Positions 23,982-32,072 of a DNA stretch of 64,000 bases are shown in pieces. Both the position numbers and the translations under genes were made by a program. The stretch comes from Candidatus Eiseniibacteriota bacterium. Lineage in GTDB: Bacteria; Eisenbacteria; RBG-16-71-46; JABDJR01. Every line of letters begins with the position of its first letter. Position 1 is the stretch's first letter. Location of the stretch: NCBI GenBank assembly GCA_963783375.1, contig CAWANH010000028.1, positions 480,001 through 544,000 on the forward strand, given 5' to 3'. The notes under the pieces are model-generated. The model made no database searches and was not told the origin of the DNA. It saw only the letters and a list, made by a program, of their open reading frames with translations.

Positions 23982-25307
23982 ATGGCACCGCTACACCCCG
24001 CCGCCCTCGGGTTCCTGGTCGAGTTCCTGGTGTTCCTCCTGATCGGGATGGCCTTCGGGGCCGTCCTGGAACTCTCCGGCTTCGGCGACTCCCGAAAGCT
24101 CGCGGCCCAGTTCTACCTCCGCGATCTCGCGGTCCTGAAGGTGATGTTCACCGGGATCATCGTGGCCGCGGTGCTCATTCACCTCGCCGCATCGTTGCAG
24201 GTTCTCGATCTCCGGCGGGTGTGGGTGAACCCGACCTATCTCTGGCCGGGAATCATGGGCGGGCTCATCATGGGGGTGGGCTTCATCGTCGGAGGGTTCT
24301 GCCCCGGGACCTCGCTGGTGGCCGCCTCCACCCTGAAGCTCGACGGCATCGCCTTCGTCCTGGGCGGCCTGGGCGGGGTGTTCCTGTTCGGGGAAACCGT
24401 GGGGCGCTTCGACGGGTGGTGGAATTCCAGCTACTTCGGGCGCTTCACCCTGGCCGATTGGCTGGGGGTGCCGGCCGGAGTGGCGGTGGTCCTCCTCGTC
24501 CTGATGGCCCTCGGGATGTTCGTTCTGGGCGAGGCGGCGGAGCGACGGTTCGGCGGCGCGGCGGAGGGGGCCGCCTCCGGACCGGCGGGGCGGGGCGGCT
24601 GGATCCGCCGGCCGGCTCGGGTTTCCGCCGGCGTGCTCCTCGTTCTCGCCGTGGCGGGGGCGATCCTGGGCCAGCCGGACGCCCGGGCCCGGTGGCGCTG
24701 GATGGCCCGGTCCGGCAACATCGCGCTCACGAGCCGGGCGGTCTACGTGGACCCCGCCGAGGTCGTGGACCTCCGAGGCGATCTCTCGGTCGCGGTTCAG
24801 GTGCTCGAGGTGCGGCCGGAGGCGGACTACAACCTCTTCCACCTCGAGGGCTCCCGCCGGATCGACCTCGCGACGGTGGAGGATCCCGCTTTCCTGCGCG
24901 ATCTCCTGGGGGCGCCCGACAATCGCGTGCTCTTCCTGGCCGGTAACGGCGAGGGCGCGGCGGTCGAGGCATGGAGGCGCCTCAAGGCCGAGGGGGTGAC
25001 CAACCTCTACGTGATCGCGAGGGGGGTGAACGGCTGGCTCGACGCCTACCCGCCCGATCCCCGGGTGGCCGAGCCGATCGCGGACCGGGACGGGCTCCCG
25101 GAGAACGCCCTGGCCTGGCGTTTCCACGCCAGCGTGGGCGCCCAGTGCGCCTCGGCCCACCCGGAAATCCTCCGGCGCGACGTCCTGCCCGGGGGCGCGA
25201 CCGCCGAGGCGCCGGCGTGGATGGACGAACACGGCCCCGTCGAGCGGCCCTACGTGAAGAAGGTCGTCCTCGAGCGGAAGGTGGTGGTCCGGGGCGGGTG
25301 CGGTTAG
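23982..25307 (+). CDS. YeeE/YedE protein fused to a rhodanese-like domain with a C-terminal GGCG
   Basis: FGAVLELSGFG, VLKVMFT, GGFCPGTS; EVRPEADYNLFHLEGS...YVIARGVNGW (rhodanese-like); ends KVVVRGGCG. Confidence 0.85.
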   Translation: MAPLHPAALGFLVEFLVFLLIGMAFGAVLELSGFGDSRKLAAQFYLRDLAVLKVMFTGIIVAAVLIHLAASLQVLDLRRVWVNPTYLWPGIMGGLIMGVGFIVGGFCPGTSLVAASTLKLDGIAFVLGGLGGVFLFGETVGRFDGWWNSSYFGRFTLADWLGVPAGVAVVLLVLMALGMFVLGEAAERRFGGAAEGAASGPAGRGGWIRRPARVSAGVLLVLAVAGAILGQPDARARWRWMARSGNIALTSRAVYVDPAEVVDLRGDLSVAVQVLEVRPEADYNLFHLEGSRRIDLATVEDPAFLRDLLGAPDNRVLFLAGNGEGAAVEAWRRLKAEGVTNLYVIARGVNGWLDAYPPDPRVAEPIADRDGLPENALAWRFHASVGAQCASAHPEILRRDVLPGGATAEAPAWMDEHGPVERPYVKKVVLERKVVVRGGCG

Positions 25308-25318
25308 CCGAAGCGCCC

Positions 25319-27460
25319 TCACGAGGGACGGGCGGGCGGCTCCGGGCCCCCGTCCGGCTCCCCGCCGGGTTCCCTACCGATCCCGCCCTCGTACCCGGCC
25401 GCGTCCCCTTCCCCGGGAGGACCCCGGTCCGGCTCCTCCGGGACCGCATCCGTACCTGACGCGGGCGATTTCCCGGCGGCGCCCGCATCGTCGGCCGGCC
25501 GGCCGGCGTCCGGGCTTTCCGCTTCCGCCGCCGGCTCCGCCGGGGCCTCGATGTCCGGCTTTCCCGCCATCATCTCCGCCAGCACCGGGTCTTCCGGGTG
25601 TTCGTCCCGGTACATGGAAAGCGGCATGGTCCCGGTGTACCAGGAGGGATTGTTGGGGTAGACCGGTGGATTGAAGATGGTGGAGTAGAGGTGCCAGACG
25701 AGGATGGCCAACCCGGCCAGGATGGCCTCGTAGTAGTGGACGACCAGCATCACCCCCAGCGCCTGAACCTCGAACGCCTTCTCGGTGACGTTCCCGAACC
25801 AGAGCCCGAGACCGGTCACCGTCATCACCACCGTCCCCCAGACCAGGGCCCAGTACTCGGCCTTCTCGATGTAGCTGAACCGGCCGAACCGCGGTCCCTC
25901 CGGACGCCGCCCCAGGTTGTGGGAGATCATCTGACCGAACTGCCGGAAGTCGCGAATCGAGGGGAAGACCTCGCGGAGGAACTCCCGCCCGCGCCGGCGG
26001 CCGAGATAGACGAGGTGCCAGATCGCGGTCCCCATGAACACCACCGCCGCCACCCGGTGAACGGTATGACGAAGGACGAAGCCTCCGTGCCAGCCGAAGA
26101 GCATGCGTGCCCACCAGGCGCCGGAGTACTGGAAGGCGAAGCCGGTGATCGCGAGCACGGTGAACGAGACCATCAGGAACGTGTGCTGCCAGAGCTCATC
26201 CCGCTCCATGCGGCGGACCTGGGGCCCATGGTTCATCACCCGGATCCGCTTCTGGAGATCGATGAGCCAGTGGACGATCATGAGGCCGATGATGACGACG
26301 ATGGCCACGACGTAGATTCGCCGGAGGAGCCGCCCCAGGCCGTTCAGGGCGACCCCCGTACCGGCATGGATGGGGACGCGGACCACCGCCTCGGAGATCC
26401 CGCGGTGGCACCGGCCGCAGGTCGCCTTCAGGTTGGCCGGGTTGACCGAGGATTCGGGGTCCGAAGCCGGCAGCACCAGATGGGCCCGGTGGCAGGAAGA
26501 GCAGTTGGCCACCTCCGCGTCGCCGTCGGTGCTCTTCAGCCCGTGGTAGCTGTGCTGCCAGGATTCCATGATCCCCCGGGCCATGCCGTACTTCTGGTTG
26601 ATGAGCTCCGAGCCGTGGCAGGGCGCGCAGGTGGTCATGGACACGTTGGTGGGGTAGACCGGGGAGAGCCGGTCGCCCGCCGGGAGGATCGCGTGCTCGC
26701 CGTGGCAGGTGGTGCAGACCGGGGCGTCGGCCTCGCCGTGGGCGGCCAGCCGGCCGTGGCTGCTCTTGTCGTACCGCGCCGAGATGTCGCCGTGGCACTT
26801 GCCGCAGGTGGCGGGAATGTTGAAGTGGAAGATGGTCGATTGCGGGTCGATGGGGGGTAGGATCCGGTGGCCGGTGCCGGTGGCCGAGTGGCAGTCCACG
26901 CAGGTGGCGGCGGGGCGCGTCCCCCCGGCGGGGACGCGGGCGTGGACGCTCCTCTCGAAGACCTGTACCGGGGTGATCATCGGGATGTGATGGGCGGCGA
27001 CGATGGAGGGGTCTTCGTGGCAACCTCCGCAGGTCCGGGCGAGGTTTGCCGGGGCCACCCGCGAACCGGAGTCGGACGCGGGCAGGATGTCGTGGGTCCC
27101 GTGGCAGTCCCAGCAGGCGGGGAAATAGGCTCCGGGCTTCTCCTTCGCCCCGCCGTGCTCCCGATAGGCGGCGGCCGCGTCGTCGTGGCACCCCGTACAG
27201 TCCACCGGAGGCAGATGCGGAGCATGGGGGATCGCGGTGATCCCGGCGTGACAGTCCCCGCAGTCGAGGGGTGCGTGCACGGAGTTCGCGAACGCCGAGG
27301 CCTCGGCGCCGTGACACCGGGCACAGTCGGAGGGCGTCTGGGCGGATGGGACCGCCGGTAGCCAGACCCCGACCGAGACGAGGAGAGCGAGGCGCGCCAG
27401 CTCTCGACACCGCGTCAACCGACCGGCGACCGAACGAATACCGTGGGAGCGGCCGTCCAT
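25319..27460 (-). CDS. Multiheme cytochrome c (11 CxxCH) fused to an FdnI/HydC-type cytochrome b domain (CbcL-like architecture)
   Basis: 11 CxxCH counted; WQH..LMVSFTVLAITG, HRVAA, RFSYIEKAEYWALVWG, HYYEAILA..WHLY; start at MDGRSH with GGAG RBS. Confidence 0.85.
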   Translation of the reverse strand: MDGRSHGIRSVAGRLTRCRELARLALLVSVGVWLPAVPSAQTPSDCARCHGAEASAFANSVHAPLDCGDCHAGITAIPHAPHLPPVDCTGCHDDAAAAYREHGGAKEKPGAYFPACWDCHGTHDILPASDSGSRVAPANLARTCGGCHEDPSIVAAHHIPMITPVQVFERSVHARVPAGGTRPAATCVDCHSATGTGHRILPPIDPQSTIFHFNIPATCGKCHGDISARYDKSSHGRLAAHGEADAPVCTTCHGEHAILPAGDRLSPVYPTNVSMTTCAPCHGSELINQKYGMARGIMESWQHSYHGLKSTDGDAEVANCSSCHRAHLVLPASDPESSVNPANLKATCGRCHRGISEAVVRVPIHAGTGVALNGLGRLLRRIYVVAIVVIIGLMIVHWLIDLQKRIRVMNHGPQVRRMERDELWQHTFLMVSFTVLAITGFAFQYSGAWWARMLFGWHGGFVLRHTVHRVAAVVFMGTAIWHLVYLGRRRGREFLREVFPSIRDFRQFGQMISHNLGRRPEGPRFGRFSYIEKAEYWALVWGTVVMTVTGLGLWFGNVTEKAFEVQALGVMLVVHYYEAILAGLAILVWHLYSTIFNPPVYPNNPSWYTGTMPLSMYRDEHPEDPVLAEMMAGKPDIEAPAEPAAEAESPDAGRPADDAGAAGKSPASGTDAVPEEPDRGPPGEGDAAGYEGGIGREPGGEPDGGPEPPARPS

Positions 27461-27519
27461 GGAGATCTCCTCCCCCGGGGAACCGCGATCGAGCGGCTTT
27501 CCCGACCCCGTCCCCCCCT

Positions 27520-29199
27520 TCAACAGTAGCCCCCCCGGGCCGGTTCGACACCCCGGGAGATCAAGTCGGGCCGGGGAGCGGCGTCCGGCATGACGAACCG
27601 GGGAGTGCGGCGGCGGGGAAGGGAGGCGGGCCGGGTTACGCCCGAAGTCGCGGCGTCGGCCAGGAGGGCGTCCACCAGGACCGGATCGAACTTCGCCCCC
27701 GCGTCGGCGCGGAGGAGGCGAAGGGCCTCGGCGTGCCCTCGGGCCGGACGGTAGGCGCGGGGGCTGGTGAGGGCTTCCAGGGAATCGGCCACGGCCAGGA
27801 TGCGGGCATCGAGGGGAATCGCCTCTCCGGCCAGGCCTCCCGGGTACCCCGTCCCATCCCATCGCTCGTGATGGTGCAGGACGGCGTCCAGGATCGGCTC
27901 GGGCCAGGCGGCTTCGGAGAGGATGCGCGCGCCCTCCTCGGGATGGAGACGAATGAGCCGCCAGTCCTCCCCGGTGAGCGGCGCCTCCTTGGACCACAGA
28001 GCCACGTCGACCTCGAAGCGCCCGACGTCGTGGAGGAGTCCGGCCACGGTGAGCCGGGAGAGCTCGGCGGGACCGAGACCCAGCCTCTGCCCCAGGTCCT
28101 CGGCCAACCGGGAGACCCGGAGACTGTGACCCCGGAGGTAGGGGTCCCGCGCCTCGAGATGGGTCACCAGGAGCCCCAGGGTGTGGGCGGAGACGTGGCG
28201 CTCGCGCTCCCAGTGGTCCTGGGCGGCGAGAAGCGGAACGAGCGCCGAGGCAAGGAACTGCCCAAGCCGGAGCACCTCCTCACCCGGCGCTCCCCCGCCC
28301 TGGGCTTCGCCCAGTACCACCACCCCCAGGAGACGACCCTTGAGGAGGAGCGGGATCAACGCGGTGAACCCGCCCGCGGCCAGGATCCCGACCTCGATTC
28401 GGAGCCCCGGCATGCGGGCCACGCGTTCCACCACGATCGGGGCGCCGGTCCCTTCCAGCAGAGCGGTGAGCTCTCCGGAAGTCTGTATGCGGACGCGGTC
28501 CGCCAATCGCTCCGGGAGCCCCCAGGACGCCTGCGCGGTCAGCCACGAGGAGTCGTCGTGGGTCGGCGCGAGGAGCGCCGTCCGCTCGACCGAGAGCTGG
28601 GCCGCCAGATGCCGCAGGAACGCCTCGCGGAGCGCGGGGCCGTCCCCTACCGGGTCCAGCCGCTGATGGAATTCCACCGCGCGCTGGAGAAGGGAGACGT
28701 TGCGGTGGAGCTGGCCCCGGAGCGCCAAGGCGTCGCGTTTGAACGCTTCGGCCTGGGATGAGGCGGACCGGGACTCCTCCTGCACGTGGAGCGCGGCCCG
28801 CCGCCGCTCGATCAGCCGTCTCACCCGGATCACCGCTTCCGGTCCGGCGAAGGGACGGACGATGCAATCCTCCGCGCCCAGCACCAGGGCCTTGAGCCGG
28901 AGCTGTTCGTCCGAGGCCTCGGCGGACACGAGCACCGGGACCCCGGGGGCGGCGATGCGCACCCCGTCCAGCAAACGGAATCCGGCCGACCGGAGGAAAG
29001 CGGCGTCCAGGACCAGGGCGGCGGGCTGCCGATAGGAGAGAGCAAGGGTGGTGGCTTCGGGAGAGGGGGCGCGGTGGGGAAGGTACCCGGCGCGGGAAAA
29101 GGCCGAGGCCAGTTCGTCCGACCACTCGCCGTCCGGCACGGCCAGAACGACCCGTGGTGAGTCGGTCGGAACGGTTTCCTTGCGCGTCGGTTGGGACAC
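27520..29199 (-). CDS. Atypical receiver + GAF + HD-GYP cyclic-dinucleotide phosphodiesterase
   Basis: RDPYLRGHSLRV, LLHDVG, HHERWDGTGYP, RILAVADS, R.YR; GAF-like middle region; degenerate REC at N-terminus. Confidence 0.87.
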   Translation of the reverse strand: MSQPTRKETVPTDSPRVVLAVPDGEWSDELASAFSRAGYLPHRAPSPEATTLALSYRQPAALVLDAAFLRSAGFRLLDGVRIAAPGVPVLVSAEASDEQLRLKALVLGAEDCIVRPFAGPEAVIRVRRLIERRRAALHVQEESRSASSQAEAFKRDALALRGQLHRNVSLLQRAVEFHQRLDPVGDGPALREAFLRHLAAQLSVERTALLAPTHDDSSWLTAQASWGLPERLADRVRIQTSGELTALLEGTGAPIVVERVARMPGLRIEVGILAAGGFTALIPLLLKGRLLGVVVLGEAQGGGAPGEEVLRLGQFLASALVPLLAAQDHWERERHVSAHTLGLLVTHLEARDPYLRGHSLRVSRLAEDLGQRLGLGPAELSRLTVAGLLHDVGRFEVDVALWSKEAPLTGEDWRLIRLHPEEGARILSEAAWPEPILDAVLHHHERWDGTGYPGGLAGEAIPLDARILAVADSLEALTSPRAYRPARGHAEALRLLRADAGAKFDPVLVDALLADAATSGVTRPASLPRRRTPRFVMPDAAPRPDLISRGVEPARGGYC

Positions 29200-29451
29200 C
29201 CCTAAGCCTCCCGATTCAAGTTCGAACCCCGCGCGGTCCGGCCCGGATTCGGGCCGGACCCCGGCGGCCTCGCGAGGTCCCCCCCTTCGGGGGAACGGTC
29301 ATCTGAACGAAGGGGAGGGAAGGCGAAGGCGCCCGCCGGGCAACCGCATAGTCTCCCACCACCGGCCCCGGTCCCTCCCCTCCGCGCTCCCGGCCCGGCC
29401 GCGCCTGGGAGGCTCGGTTACCGGCCGGGGACGCGGTGACGCCTACGAAAG

Positions 29452-29466
29452 GCAACCCTCGTGCCA
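29452..29466 (-). promoter_or_regulatory. sigma54 (-24/-12) promoter facing the HD-GYP gene
   Basis: Minus strand TGGCACG-AGGG-TTGC, exact match to TGGCACG-N4-TTGC. Confidence 0.7.
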
Positions 29467-29553
29467 CCGCGGAGCTTTCGATCGTGCCCGCGCCCCGATT
29501 TCCGCCTCGAAAACGAACCCCTTGCCCGGTATGGAGTTCGGCGCGGGGAACCC

Positions 29554-29568
29554 CATGCGATTCGCATG
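29554..29568. promoter_or_regulatory. Perfect palindrome, candidate enhancer-binding-protein site
   Basis: CATGCGA-T-TCGCATG between the two sigma54 sites; half-site CATGCGA repeated at 29593-29599. Confidence 0.45.
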
Positions 29569-29769
29569 CCGGGCTCCAATTTGCGAGCATCACATGCGAA
29601 ATGCCCGGAGGTAAGGGATGGAGCCGCTCCCGAATCGGGGGGAAAACCCCCGGCATGGGCTTTCCCGCCCAGGGAAGGCGCGCGGCTATTCCTTGGTAGG
29701 GTGGGTGTTAGGGCCGAGGGAAAGGCCCCGGAGCGCGATCGATCCGGTCCACGACCCGGCTTCCCGGGC

Positions 29770-29785
29770 TGGCACGCCGGTTGCT
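29770..29785 (+). promoter_or_regulatory. sigma54 (-24/-12) promoter facing ORF 29834
   Basis: TGGCACG-CCGG-TTGCT, exact consensus, about 50 nt upstream of the start. Confidence 0.78.
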
Positions 29786-29833
29786 TCTAATCGGGTTGGC
29801 GGGACGCGTCTTCGGTGCGTCCCCTGAAACGAG

Positions 29834-30712
29834 GTGAGCAACGTGGATGAATCGAGATTCCTCTTCACCGACCTGACCGACGAGGCGCGGAGCGTGAAGC
29901 CGTCCTACTACTTCATGATGCGCTCCCTTCTCCACTCGCGGGTGGACATCGGGGACACCTCCGAGCCGGGGAACGAGGAAGAGGACGTCAACGTCTACCT
30001 CGCCCACCTCCTCCAGTCCTTCGGCGATCCCGGGTACCTCGAGGGGGCCAAGCCCTATCTCCATCGCTACGATCACGAGGTCTTCGGGCGCCTGTCCCGG
30101 TCCACCGACGCCCGTCTCAAGTACCGGATCTACAAGACCAACGCCGACTTTCTCCTGATCTCGATCGGGATCTTCGACAATCCGTCCCAGACCCTGCTCA
30201 ACCGGCTCCCCGGCTCCGGGGCGGCCGGACGGCGGGAGTTGGAGCCCACCGAAGAGGCGATCATGGGGCGGGGCCGCACCTACTACCAGTTCGCCTACAA
30301 CTACAGCCAGCTCGTCTATCGCCGGAAGCCGGCCATCTCCGAGGTGCTGGAGAAGCTCTCCTCGGGCTTCGACCGCTACACCCGGATTCTCGCCCACCTG
30401 AGGGGGGAATACATGGACATCATCCACGAACTGAGCCGCGGTGAGATCTATCATCTCGAACGGACGGTCAACAGCGAGCAGAAGCGCCAGCTCCTCCAGG
30501 ACCGCCAGGACGCCTTCCTCGACGCGTACGCGGAGTGGAAGCGGGACCCCGGCGACATGCGCCGGGACGCCCTCGACGACGCCGTCACCCGTCTCCGGGA
30601 GCTGGATCCGGATTTCGCGTTCGATCCGGACGAGGGCTCGGAGCCCGGCCGGCCGCACCGCGCGAAGCCCGCTGCGCGCCGCGGGGAATCGGAGGACCGG
30701 AATTCGAACTGA
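29834..30712 (+). CDS. Conserved hypothetical protein (Tyr-rich, helical)
   Basis: Strong host codon usage; VYLAHLL...ADFLLISIGIF...GRTYY...LEKLSSGF pattern. Confidence 0.8.
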   Translation: MSNVDESRFLFTDLTDEARSVKPSYYFMMRSLLHSRVDIGDTSEPGNEEEDVNVYLAHLLQSFGDPGYLEGAKPYLHRYDHEVFGRLSRSTDARLKYRIYKTNADFLLISIGIFDNPSQTLLNRLPGSGAAGRRELEPTEEAIMGRGRTYYQFAYNYSQLVYRRKPAISEVLEKLSSGFDRYTRILAHLRGEYMDIIHELSRGEIYHLERTVNSEQKRQLLQDRQDAFLDAYAEWKRDPGDMRRDALDDAVTRLRELDPDFAFDPDEGSEPGRPHRAKPAARRGESEDRNSN

Positions 30713-30818
30713 CCGGGTTGGAATCCGCTTACCCCCGCCACGGTGGGGGCAGCGGGTTCGCGCCTCCTCCCAAACGACACGTAGCCCGCACCATATGCGG
30801 GAGGAGGTGTTTCGTAGC

Positions 30819-30851
30819 GAGGCCGGCGCCCTTCGGGGACGCCGGCCTCTT
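30819..30851. terminator. Hairpin between convergent genes (likely terminator)
   Basis: GAGGCCGGCG-CCC-TTCG-GGG-A-CGCCGGCCTC followed by TT. Confidence 0.55.
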
Positions 30852-30907
30852 CGTTCATCCGGTCCGTTCCGTCGAACCGCCCCGGCTCTCCGGGACGGGC
30901 GTCGGGA

Positions 30908-32059
30908 TCAGGGTTGCTTCCAGACCACCCGGATCCGGTGGTTTCCCTGGTCGGCGATGTAGAGGTTCTCGTCCTTGTCGAACGCGATACCCGCGGGGCG
31001 GTCCAGGAGCGCCTCGGTGGGAAGACCGCCGTCCCCGGCGAACCCGTGCACCTGCCCCTGCCCGGCGACGGTGGTGATGATCCCGTTGGTGTCGATCTTC
31101 CGGATGCAGTGGTTGAACATGTCCACCACGTAGACGTTCCCTTCCTTGTCCACGTCCACGTCGGCGGGATTGTTCAGCTCGGCCTCCAGGGCGGGACCGC
31201 CGTCTCCGGCGTAGCCCTGCACCCCGGTGCCGGCGATGGTGTGGATGATCCCCTGGGCGTCGATCATCCGCAGGCGATGGTTGCCGGAATCCGGAACATA
31301 GATGTTGTCGTGGGAGTCGATCACGATCTTCCCGGTCGGCCAGGCCGCCTGGCCCACCGGGAAGTGGAACTCCGCGTCGGCGGCCGGGCCCTCGTCCCCC
31401 CCGAAGCCAGGGGTCCCGTTTCCGGCGAAGGTGTGGATCATCCCGTTCTGGTCCACCATGCGGATCCGCTGGTTGGCCTGGTCGGCGATGTACATCCGGC
31501 CCTGGGAGTCGAACGCGGTGGCCGCGGGAAGATCCAGGACGGCATCCGCCGCCGGCCCCCCGTCCCCGCCGAAGGCGCGGTCCCCGGTGCCGCAGATGGG
31601 TTCGATCCATCCGGTGGTGAGGTCCATCTGCATCACCTTCGAGTTGTGCCAGGCGGAGAGGATGAGGTGGCCCAGGGGATCGAAGGAGACGTGGGTGGGG
31701 TGGTTCAGCTCCACGCTGATCGCGGGTCCGGGCTCGGCGTCGCCGAGCTGGCCGTCGCCGATGATGGTTTCGACGGTGCCGTCCCGCTTCAGGCGGCGGA
31801 CCCGGTGGTTGTTCCAGTCCAGGATGTAGGCGAGCCCGTCCGGTCCCCAGGTCAGGTCCTGGGGGAAGTAGAGAAAGGTCTCGAGGGGGGGCTTTCCGTC
31901 CTCGCCGAGGCCGGCGGTGCCGGTCCCCATCCAGGTCTGGATGACCGAGTACTCCGGCTTGGGTTGGGGTTTGGTGGTCGAGCTTCCGCCGCAGCCCATT
32001 GCCCCCCACACCAGGGCGACGGCCAGGCTCATGATGACGATGCCGTACCGCTTCTTCAT
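30908..32059 (-). CDS. NHL-repeat beta-propeller lipoprotein
   Basis: Lipobox AMG-C; repeated AGxG..G.GDGGPA...LNxP.....D..G.LYIAD..NHRIR. Confidence 0.9.
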   Translation of the reverse strand: MKKRYGIVIMSLAVALVWGAMGCGGSSTTKPQPKPEYSVIQTWMGTGTAGLGEDGKPPLETFLYFPQDLTWGPDGLAYILDWNNHRVRRLKRDGTVETIIGDGQLGDAEPGPAISVELNHPTHVSFDPLGHLILSAWHNSKVMQMDLTTGWIEPICGTGDRAFGGDGGPAADAVLDLPAATAFDSQGRMYIADQANQRIRMVDQNGMIHTFAGNGTPGFGGDEGPAADAEFHFPVGQAAWPTGKIVIDSHDNIYVPDSGNHRLRMIDAQGIIHTIAGTGVQGYAGDGGPALEAELNNPADVDVDKEGNVYVVDMFNHCIRKIDTNGIITTVAGQGQVHGFAGDGGLPTEALLDRPAGIAFDKDENLYIADQGNHRIRVVWKQP

Positions 32060-32072
32060 GTCGTCCTCCCGG

